Part shown: in pieces, positions 21,881 to 31,717 of the stretch
Numbering within the stretch: position 1 is the stretch's first letter
How the letters are laid out: each line of letters opens with the position of its first letter
Assembly (NCBI RefSeq): GCF_902713615.1
Contig: NW_024055751.1
Span: forward strand, 124,001 to 188,000
Direction of reading: 5' to 3'
Length of the DNA: 64,000 bases
DNA from: Scyliorhinus canicula
Lineage: Eukaryota
Notes under the pieces: model-generated
The model's database searches: none
Told to the model about the DNA's origin: nothing
The model's input: only the letters and a program-made list of their open reading frames with translations
Program-made: the position numbers and the translations under genes

Positions 21881-22359
21881 AGTGAATGAAATTAATGAAA
21901 ATCGCTTTTTGTCACGAGTAGGCTTCAATGAAGTTACTGTGAAAAGCCCCTAGTCACCACATTCCGGCGCCTGTCCGGGGAGGCTGGTACGGGAATGGAA
22001 CCGTGCTGGTGGCCTGCTTGGTCTGCTTTCAAAGTCAGCAATTTAGCCCAGTGAGCTAAACCAGCAGTCTGGCCAGTCTGTGTATCAGATGGTCGGCCGG
22101 TATCAGTTAGAGACGGGGTATTAGTTTTCACAGCTGTATATGTTTTAATGCTGCTCTCTGAGGTGCTGAGTTTGAATGTGCTGCAGCCTCTGAGTTTTCT
22201 GAGGTTCCAATAGTTCTAAAGATTTTCTTAGTTTGAGGGTCTGAATAGGATTTAGATATGGGATCACATACTTTGCGCTTAAAACAGTTCCAGATTTTGG
22301 AGACATTGAAATTTGCTACTTAGACTCAGACAGAACGTACTGAAATCAAATAAAGGAAT

Positions 22360-24350
22360 GGTCACTGATAGAGGCAGCTACACCCCAGAGTGCAGTGGAA
22401 CCACCCAGAGACACACACTGACAATTGGAACTGAATCACTGAATGGTCACAGTTACAGAGACAGCTACATCCCAGAGTGCAGTGGACCCACCCAGATAAA
22501 CACACTGACAATTGGAACTGAATCACTGAATGGTCACAGATAGAGGCAGCTACATCCCAGAGTGCAGTGGACCCACCCACAGAAACATACTGACAATTGG
22601 AACTGAATCACTGAATGGTCACAGTTACAGAGACAGTTACACCCCAGAGTGCAGTGGACCCACCCAGAAATTTGGCCAGTTGGATAACAAACTGGCTAAC
22701 CGATAGAAGACAGAGAGTTGTGGTGGATGGCAAATATTCAGCCTGGAGCCCAGTTATCAGTGGCGTACCGCAGGGATCAGTTCTGGGTCCTCTGCTGTTT
22801 GTGATTTTCATTAACGACTTGGATGAGGGAGTTGAAGGGTGGGTCAGTAAATTTGCAGATGATACGAAGATTGGTGGAGTTGTGGATAGTGAGGAGGGCT
22901 GTTGTCGGCTTCAAAGAGACATAGATAGAATGCAGAGCTGGGCTGAGAAGTGGCAGATGGAGTTTAACCCTGACAAGTGTGAGGTTGTCCATTTTGGAAG
23001 GACAAATCTGAATGCGGAATACAGGGTTAATGGTAGGGTTCTTGGCAATGTGGAGGAGCAGAGAGATCTTGGGGTCTATGTTCATTGTTCTTTGAAAGTT
23101 GCCACTCAAGTGGATAGAGCTGTGAAGAAGGCCTATGGTGTGCTAGCGTTCATTAGCAGAGGGATTGAATTTAAGAGCCGTGAGGTGATGATGCAGCTGT
23201 ACAAAACCTTGGTCAGGCCACATTTGGAGTACTGTGTGCAGTTCTGGTCACCTCATTTTAGGAAGGATGTGGAAGCTTTGGAAAAGGTGCAGAGGAGATT
23301 TACCAGGATGTTGCCTGGAATGGAGAGTAGGTCATACGAGGAAAGATTGAGGGTGCTGGGCCTTTTCTCATTGGAACGGAGAAGGATGAGGGGCGACTTG
23401 ATAGAGGTTTATAAGATGATCAGGGGAATAGATAGAGTAGATAGTCAGAGACTTTTTCCCCGGGTGGAACACACCATTACAAGGGGACATAAATTTAAGA
23501 TAAATGGTGGAAGATATAGAGGGGATGTCAGAGGTAGGTTCTTTACCCAGAGAGTAGTGGGGGCATGGAATGCACTGCCTGTGGTAGTAGTTGAGTCGGA
23601 AAATTTATGGACCTTCAAACGGCTATTGGATAGGTACTTGGATTAGGGTAGAATAAGGGAGTGTAGGTTAACTTCTTAAGGGCAGCACGGTAGCATTGTG
23701 GATAGCACAATTGCTTCACAGCTCCAGGGTCCCAAGTTCGATTTCGACTTGGGTCACTGTCTGTGTGGAGTCTGCACATCCTCCCCGTGACTGCGTGGGT
23801 TTCCTCCGGGTGCTCCGGTTTCCTCCCACAGTCCAAAGATGTGCAGGTTGGGTGGATTGGCCATGACAAATTGTCCAAAATTCTATGATTAACCTAGGAC
23901 AAAAGTTCGGCGCAACATCGTGGGCCGAAGGGCCTGTTCTGTGCTGTATTTCTCTATCTCTATCTATCTCTAATTGGAACTGAATCACTGAATGGTCACA
24001 GATAGAGGCAGCTACATCCCAGAGTGCAGTGGACCCACCCACAGAAACATACTGACAATTGGAACTGAATCACTGAATGGTCACAGTTACAGAGACAGCT
24101 AAACCCCAGAGTGCAGTGGAACCACCCAGAGAAACACACTGACCATTGGAACTGAATCACTGAATGGTCACAGTTACAGAGGCAGCTACACCCCAGAGTG
24201 CAGTGGACCCACCCAGAGAAACACACTGCCAATTGGAACTGAATCACTGAATGGTCACAGTTACAGAGACAGCTAAACCCCAGAGTGCAGTGGAACCATC
24301 CAGAGAAACACATTGACATTTGGAACTGAATCACTGAATGGTCACAGTGG
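22360..24350. repeat. ~80-87-bp minisatellite (cagagtgcagtggacccacccagagaaacacactgacaattggaactgaatcactgaatggtcacag) split by a CR1 insertion
   Basis: Units at 22360-22667 and 23970-24350. Confidence 0.92.
22668..23970 (+). mobile_element. 5'-truncated young CR1/HER1-type LINE with open RT C-terminus and a SINE embedded in its 3' UTR
   Basis: Open frame to 23646: SGVPQGSVLGPLLF..SKFADDTK..LVRPHLEYCVQFWSP; HE1-type SINE at about 23680-23890, then the CR1 tail. Confidence 0.95.
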
Positions 24351-24694
24351 TGTGAGGGTTATCACTGTAACAATCTGAGATCTAGAGATGGGACTGACGG
24401 TGTCTGAGTGGACAGCATCCTTTCTGTTAATGTTAGCTGAACAATATGATCAACGCAGTTCAGTGTTTGGAAAGTGGTCACTCACTCGAAAAATAGTATT
24501 TTCTTTCACTGAACACAATATCGTCATCTGTTTGTTCATATATTTCTAATAATAACATGTACGATTTCACAACCTCAATATCCCTGAGGTGGTTCCCCGG
24601 GGTATAAATTAAATGCTTTGGGAACATATAACCTCGGAGTTTCAGACACAGAGACTGACACCAGCACGAAAGGACACATCACTTCATACTGAAA

Positions 24695-27600
24695 ATGCTT
24701 TATCCAATTTATACTGCTGAGAAAATATTCTACCCAATCGTTGCTATCGTTGGTGTTCCTGGTAAGTGACTATCACCATTGAACTTGTGTAAATCTGTGT
24801 GTGAGCGGCTCTCTGATTTGAAACTCGGAGTGAAAATGTTTAATCCTGATCTCGTGCTCACTGTCATACAGACACCTGATCAACTGTATAATTGTCAAAT
24901 GTCTTTAAGCATGTCAATGGTTTCAATCCCTTCCATCAACTCACAATAAACCTCTGTTTGTTACTCACTGGATCTCTGACCGGTGATGTTATTATATTGA
25001 GTGGGATCTTGTATAATGTTAGATTGGATCTCAGTGAAGGCAATTTCTCTGACGGGAGGTTTGGGAAGAGAAAGAATTAAAGCAGACTGCGTTTGGGTCA
25101 CTAACCAGAGTGGAATATCTGACAGCGACGAGGAAGTGTTACTGGAAGTATCTGTCAGCGTAGGATTGTACTAAGTGTGGGTCTCTCACCAGAGTGGAAT
25201 ATCTGATCTAATTATCTCCCTATTACTGGGGCTATCTGTCCATGTGGAATTGTATTGTGTGTGGGTCAGTAACTGGACTGACATTAGTTGGTTCTATTTT
25301 GAAATGATGTATTTTATTGGTGAGTTGTCGCTCCATTCTGTGGAGTTCTCTCTGTGAGTTTTAACTTTGGAATAGGTTGAAAACAGGATGAGTTTGAAAA
25401 TGAAATGAAAATGAAAATCGCTTATTGTCACGAGTAGGCTTCAATGAAGTTACTGTGAAAAGCCCCGAGTCGCCACATTCCTGCGCCTGTCTGGGGAGGC
25501 TGGTATGGGAATCGAACCGTGCGGCTTGGCCTGCTTTTAAAGCCAGCGATTTAGCCCAGTGAGCTAAACCAGCTCCCAGTAAACTAAACCAGCCCCCAGT
25601 GACCTGTTTGGCTGGGCTTTGAAGATGTTTGATATATATTGAATGAAGTGAAATGTCCCTATTTCTGTTTTCTATTGACCTACTCCAACAGGAACAAACA
25701 TGATCCACACTTCAATATTTCATAAAATCCACAACAGTCCAGTATTCCAATAGGTTTTGTGATATTTTCTCATTTCTATTCATTCTGAAATGAACTCACA
25801 TGTTTGATCAATTGTTATAGATGTTTTTAAACTGTGTTTCTGCTTCACACGATTTGTGAATCTATTCACCTGAACCCAGAAACCCCTCCAGTCCATTCAC
25901 ACACTTGTTTTCCAAGGAGTGATTGGGGGACTTATTGTTCTGATCAAAATGCAGCAGCAGACACTGTTCTGTCGGGAAATTAATTTCCCATTGAAATACC
26001 AACTTTGCAAATTCATAATTACTGATAATATGTTCCTGTAATTAGTTGTATTCTTCCTCTGTATTCACTATCACTCTCAATTTGATTTTGTCTGTAAATT
26101 GTTCAATTATCGTTCTGCTTCCCGATTCCATAATGATGATGGGAATGGTGAAGGAGAATGATCCCAGTGCTGATCCTTGTGGAACACCACTTCCCACCTT
26201 CCACCAATCAGCTTAAATCCCTTTACCTCCTCTCCCTGTTTTGTGTGTGTGTCGCCAGCATGTGTCCATTCTGCTGCTGTGTCCCCTAACCCCACTGGCG
26301 TTGAGATCACTGTTATGTTGGATCTTACTGACGGCCTTTAGAAACTCAAATTGTTTAACATCTATTATACTACTCAGATCTATTATTTCTGATAGTTATA
26401 ACAATAATTGGATGAAATGTGTCAGGAATAATGTTGACTTTGGAATATGTGCTGACTATTTAGTAGACTCTGTGTTACTGGATTTCTTTCACTCAGACTT
26501 CTAATTCCATTTTTCCTACTGTTGACATTGTGACTGGAAGATTTTATTATATTCTGTTCTAAATTCAAGAATAACAGAGACCGACTTCTGCTTTTCAATT
26601 CTTTGGTAATTATTCTGATGGTGATCAGTGAGTGGATAATATTGTCTCTGCTGTTCCTCACTGTCTATTTTATGAATATTTGTTGCTGAAATCCATCTGC
26701 CTCCAGTAATCACCCTCTACCTGGACCCCACCCTCTGGCCTCCTATCAGCTCTTGATCTTTTCATTGAGATCTGTCAGTGCGACATCGACCGTCTCAATT
26801 TCTCTGTGCCTCTCACCAACTCTATCCTGACTTACTCGAAACTTGCTCCAATCCTCTCTCTAATATCCAACCCTGACCTGGTGACCTGACCTACCCACAA
26901 GGGTGGTGCCATTATTGTCTGGTGTACTGACTCATTCCTCACAGAGACTGACCATCAACTCTCAGGCCCATCCTGCTACCTCCTCCTGGACCAGCAGCAC
27001 ACCACCAAACATCATGATATTGTTCCCAGGATACTCACTGACCTCATTGGCTCTGGATATCCTCTGTCCACAGCCTCGGACATCATCGTCCCACAAGCCC
27101 ACACATCCTGCATCAACCTCCTGCTTCTACCTCCTTCCCAAAATCCACAAACAGGAAAGTCCCAATAGACCCATTATTTCGGCCTGTTCCAGCCCCAGCA
27201 AGGTCATTTCTTCCTCTGTTAATTCCATCCGCTTTATCCTGTTCTGTCCCTTCCCAATGACATTGGTGGCACAGTGATGCAGTGGTTGGCACTGCTGCCT
27301 CACAGCACCAGGGTCCCCGAATCAATTCCTAGCTTTGGTGACTGTGTAGAGACTGCAGTTCTCCCAGTGTCTGCGTGGGTTTCCTCCGGGTGCTCCGGTT
27401 TCCTCCCACAGTCCAAAGATGTGCAGGTTAGGTGGATTGGCCATGATAAATTGTGTTTACTTTCCAAACAATTTAGATGGGGTCACTGGGTTATGGGGAT
27501 GGGGTGGTCTTTACTGGTGCTTACTTTCCAAGGGCCGGTGCAGACTCGATGGGCTGAATGGCCTCTTTTTGCACTATACATTCTATATTTCTATTCCTCC

Positions 27601-29001
27601 CATGATTATGAAGTGGGAAGGTTCTGCGTTTGTTTTATTTTTCCATTGATCGTGGAGGATTGAAATAAACCAGGAGTGGTGTCCAACCCCATCAAAAACC
27701 CAGTCCAGAGAACGGTCGAATCCGGGGTGTGGTCCAATAATTGAGCAGGGGTGACAATCTCTGGTATGTTTTTATCCTGTTTGGGAAATCAGGCCGGCCT
27801 GAGCGAATCCTGGAAATCAGACTGAATGAGAAATGTAACCTCTCCCAAAGGTGTCTGAATTATAAAAAATTTCCTACCACTGCCACCAAACTGACAGGGC
27901 TGCAATCCACACTTTCCCCGCATTCCCCATCTTTAACACTGGAGTTACATTTGCTACTTCCCTCTCTGTAATGTTAATCTCTGTGCCCACTCCTCTCGCA
28001 ACACCCCCACCCACCCACTGTCCATTATATTGATGCTGAGATTATGTTCAGACAGGGAGATTGATTATCCAGTAATTTCCCGCTTCTCTCCTTTCTCTCT
28101 CTGACAGTTAATTTACTGGGAATTGTGATTCTGAGTCGGGGGAAGTGTGGTCTCTCTACCTGCACCACTCGCTACCTGGTGGCCATGGCAACGGCGGATC
28201 TGCTGTATATTATCACTAAAGCTATACTGAACAGGATCAATATTTATTACTTTCCCCTGAATTTCCTGTCCCTCACCCCTGTGTGCCGTGTTAAATCTGT
28301 CCTGCTGTCTGCAGCCAAGGACTGTTCTGTCTGGTTAACCCTCATTTTCTCCTTTGATCGATTTGTGGCCATTCGCTGCCAGAAACTGAAAACTAAATAT
28401 TGTACTGGGAAAACTGCGGTTGTGGTTCTGTCCACAAGCAGCCTCCTGCTCTGTATGAAAAACATCCCCCTGTACTTTATATATGAACCTGTGAAGGTAA
28501 TCGACAATGTCCAGTCGTACAAAGAGCAGCTATTTCACTGACCTGGGATGGGTTGGATATTCCTGGTTTGATCAGGTTTTAACCCCATTGATCCCGTTCT
28601 TCTCAATCCTGTTGACCAACGCCCTGACAGTCAGATACATTTTACTCACCGGTCGGGTCCGGAAGGCACTGAGGGCTCAGAGGCAGGGTGACAATCGCAC
28701 AGACCCAGAGATGGAGAGCAGAAGGAAGTCAATGATTTTACTCTTCAGCATCTCCGGAGCTTTCATTCTCCTCTGGACCGTGTCTGTTATTAAATTTTTC
28801 TATCTGGATTTGTCAGATGCTTATTACCTCACCCTTCCTGAATATAATTTACAACAAGTCGGATTTATGCTGCGGGACTTAAATTGCTGCACAAACACAT
28901 TTATTTATGTGGTGACTCAGTCCAGGTTCAGGGAGCAGATCAAGATCGGGGTGAAATATCCGGTTACATCAATTATTAAATTAATGAGTAAATCAACCTG
29001 A
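24695..29001 (+). pseudogene. Class A orphan GPCR (GPR139/GPR142-like), two coding exons 24695-24761 and 28108-29001, frameshifted near 28510
   Basis: Exon 1 MLYPIYTAEKIFYPIVAIVGVP + GTAAGT; acceptor gacAG; TM2 LVAMATADLL, TM3 SFDRFVAI, TM6 FILLW, TM7 NCCTNTFIY; frame switches between VIDNV and SSYFTDLGW; TATA-like gtataaat at about 24602. Confidence 0.88.
26690..27255 (+). mobile_element. Penelope-like retroelement RT fragment (intronic)
   Basis: FYLLPKIHKQ..NRPIISACSSP..VIS is the characteristic Penelope-like RT motif (LPKIHK..RPI). Confidence 0.85.
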
Positions 29002-29450
29002 CTGACAGCCTCTCCACCAGTCAGCAGCTCCAACCGCTGACTGACAGCCTCTCAGCCAATCAGCAGCTCCAGCCGCTGACTGACAGCCTCTCAACCAATC
29101 AGCAGCTCCAACCGCTGGCTAACAGTCTCACAGCCAATCAGCAGCTCCAGCCGCTGACTGACAGCCTCTCAGCCAATCAGCAGCTCCAGCCGCTGACTGA
29201 CAGCCTCTCAACCAATCAGCAGCTCCAACCGCTGGCTAACAGTCTCACAACCAATCAGCAGCTCCAGCCGCTGACTGACAGCCTCTCAGCCAATCAGCAG
29301 CTCCAGCCGCTGACAGACTCTCAGCCAATCAGCAGCTGCAGCCGCTGACTGACAGTCTCGCAGCCAATCAGCAGCTCCAGCCGCTGACTGAGAGCCTCTC
29401 AGCCAATCCGCAGCTCCAGCCGCTGATTGACAGCCACTCAGCCAATCAGC
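28998..29450. repeat. 39-bp minisatellite with a CCAAT box in most units
   Basis: ctgactgacagcctctcagccaatcagcagctccagccg, about 11.5 copies. Confidence 0.95.
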
Positions 29451-29646
29451 TGTGGGTGGAACACTGGCAGTGCTGGCTGTGGGGAGGGGCACTGACAGTG
29501 ATGGCTGTGATGGGGAGCACTGGCAGTGCTGGCTGTGGCGGGGAGCACTGGCAGTGCTGGCTGTGGGGGGGGGGGGGGGCACTGGCAGTGGCGGGGAGCA
29601 CTGGCAGTGCTGGCTGTGGCGGAGAGCACTGGCACTGGCAGTGCTG

Positions 29647-30073
29647 ATGATGTGGAGATGCCGGCGTTGGACTGGGGTGAGCACAGTAAGAAGTCTTACA
29701 ACACCAGGTTAAAGTCCAACAGGTTTGTTTCAAACACGAGCTTTCGGAGCACGGCTCCTTCTTCAGGTGAATGGCTGTGGAAGCCACGGTCCAGAGGAGA
29801 ATGAAAGCTCCGGAGATGCTGAAGAGTAAAATCATTGACTTCCTTCTGCTCTCCATCTCTGGGTCTGTGCGATTGTCTCCCTGCCTCTGAGCCCTCAGTG
29901 CCTTCCGGACCCGACCGGTGAGTAAAATGTATCTGACTGTCAGGGCGTTGGTCAACAGGATTGAGAAGAACGGGATCAATGGGGTTAACACCTGAAGAAG
30001 GAGCCGTGCTCCGAAAGCTCGTGTTTGAAACAAACCTGTTGGACTTTAACCTGGTGTTGTAAGACTTCTTACT
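29647..30073. mobile_element. Penelope-like fold-back insertion carrying a 204-bp inverted copy (29785-29988) of GPCR sequence 28579-28782
   Basis: Inverted arms 29647-29769 and 29989-30073; candidate TSD ACTGGCAGTGCTG at 29634-29646 and 30071-30083. Confidence 0.88.
29989..30023 (+). ncRNA. Minimal type I hammerhead ribozyme motif in the Penelope-like tail
   Basis: CAC-CUGAAGA-A-GGAGC(CGU)GCUCC-GAAA-GC-UC-GUG: conserved core, stem II, stem I CAC:GUG, palindromic AGCU stem III as in Penelope-associated minimal hammerheads; mirror copy on the minus strand at 29735-29769. Confidence 0.7.
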
Positions 30074-31717
30074 GGCAGTGCTGGCTGTGGGGGAGCACTG
30101 GCAGTCTGGCTGTGGGGGAGGTGCACTGGAAGTGCTGGCTGTGTGGGGGAGCACTGCCAGTGCTGGCTGTGGGGGAGCACTGGCAGTGTTGGCTGTGGTG
30201 GGAGCACTGGGCAGTGCTGGCTGTGGGAGGAGCACTGGCAGTGCTGACTGTGAGGGGAGCAATGTCAGTGCTGGCTGTGGGGGGGGGGGGGCTGGCAGTG
30301 CTGGCTGTGGGGGGGGGGGGGGTTACTGACAGTGCTGGCTGTGGGAGGGCACTTGCAGTGCTGGCTGTGGGGGGAGCACTGGCAGTGCTGGCTGTGGGAG
30401 GAGCATTGGCAGGGTTGGCTGTGGGCCGAGCTCTGGCAGTGCTGGCTGTGGGTGGGAGCTCTGGCAGTGCTCGCTGTGGGGGGGGGGGGGGGGTTACTGA
30501 CAGTGCTGGCTGTGGGAGGGCACTGGCAGTGCTGGCTGTGGGGAGGGGCACTGTAAGTTCTGGCTGTGGGGGTGCACTGCCAGTGCTGGCTGTGGGAGGA
30601 GCAGTGGCAGTGCTGACTGTGGGAGGAGCACTGGCAGTGCTGGCTGTGAGGGGAGCAATGTCAGTGCTGGCTGTGGGCGGGCCTGGCAGTATTGGCTGTG
30701 GGGGGAGCACTGTAAGTTCTGGCTGTGGGGGAGCACTGGCAGTGCTGGCTGTGGGAGGGGCAGGCAGGGTTGGCTGTGGGGCGAGCACTGGCAGTGCTGG
30801 CTGTGGGTGGGAGCACTGGCAGTGCTGGCTGTGGGGGGGGGGGGGGTTACTGACAGTGCTGGCTGTGAGATGGCACTGGCAGTGCTGGCTGTGGGGGGTT
30901 GGGGGCTCTTGCACTGCGGGCTGTGGGGGAGAACTGGCATTGCTGGATGTGGGGGAGCACTGGCAGTGCTGGCTGTGGGGAGCACTGGCAGTGCTGGCTG
31001 TGGGGAGGGGCACTGTAAGTTCTGGCTGTGGCGGAGCACTGGAAGTGCTGGTTGTGGGGGAGCACTGGCCATGCTGGCTCTGGGGGGAGCACTGGCATTG
31101 CTGGTTGTGGGGGGAGCACTGGTAATGCTGGCTCTGGGGGGAGCACTGGCACTGCTTGCTGTGGGGGAGCACTGGCAGTGTTGGCTGTGGGGGGAGCACG
31201 GGCAGTGCTGGCTCTGGGGGGAGCACTGGCAGTGCAGGCTGTGGGGGGGAGCACTGGCAGTGCAGGCTGTGGGGAGGGAGCACTGGCTGTGCTGAATGTG
31301 GGGGAGCACTGGCAGTGCTGTCTGGGGGAGAGAGCACTGGGAGTGCTGGCTGTGGGGGGGGGGGGGGGGTGGGAGCACTGGCAGTGCGGGGGGGAGCCCT
31401 GGCAGTGCGGCTGTCCAGGGAGCACTGGCAGAGCTGCCTGTCCGGTGTGGGAGGGCACTGGCAGAGCTGCGTGTGGGGAGCACTGGCAGTTCTGGCTGTG
31501 GGGAGGGGGCACTGGAAGTTCTGGCTGTGGGGAGCACTGACAATGCTGGCTCTGGGGGGTGGCACTGGCAGTGCTTGCTGTGGGGGAGGAGCACCTTGCC
31601 CAATCGACCCAATCTCTCCTCCAAGGACATTTCGGCAACCTCGCTATCAGCCGGTTGACCCTCCACTGCTCTCCCTCTCTGGTAACTATATCCTTTCTTG
31701 GTTGGGGGGACAGAAAT

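Larger units (their letters stand above)
29455..31592. repeat. G-rich ~25-bp minisatellite (gggggagcactggcagtgctggctgt)
   Basis: Dozens of units, each with a GCACTG-g-CAGTGC inverted repeat and a G-run. Confidence 0.95.

Noticed and set aside
20622-21889. Long ORFs rich in S/L/H/T (up to 249 aa)
   Set aside because: Translation of a CT/CA low-complexity tract.
29446-30033. Second GPCR-like ORF on the minus strand
   Set aside because: It is the 204-bp captured copy of the upstream exon inside a retroelement, not a gene.
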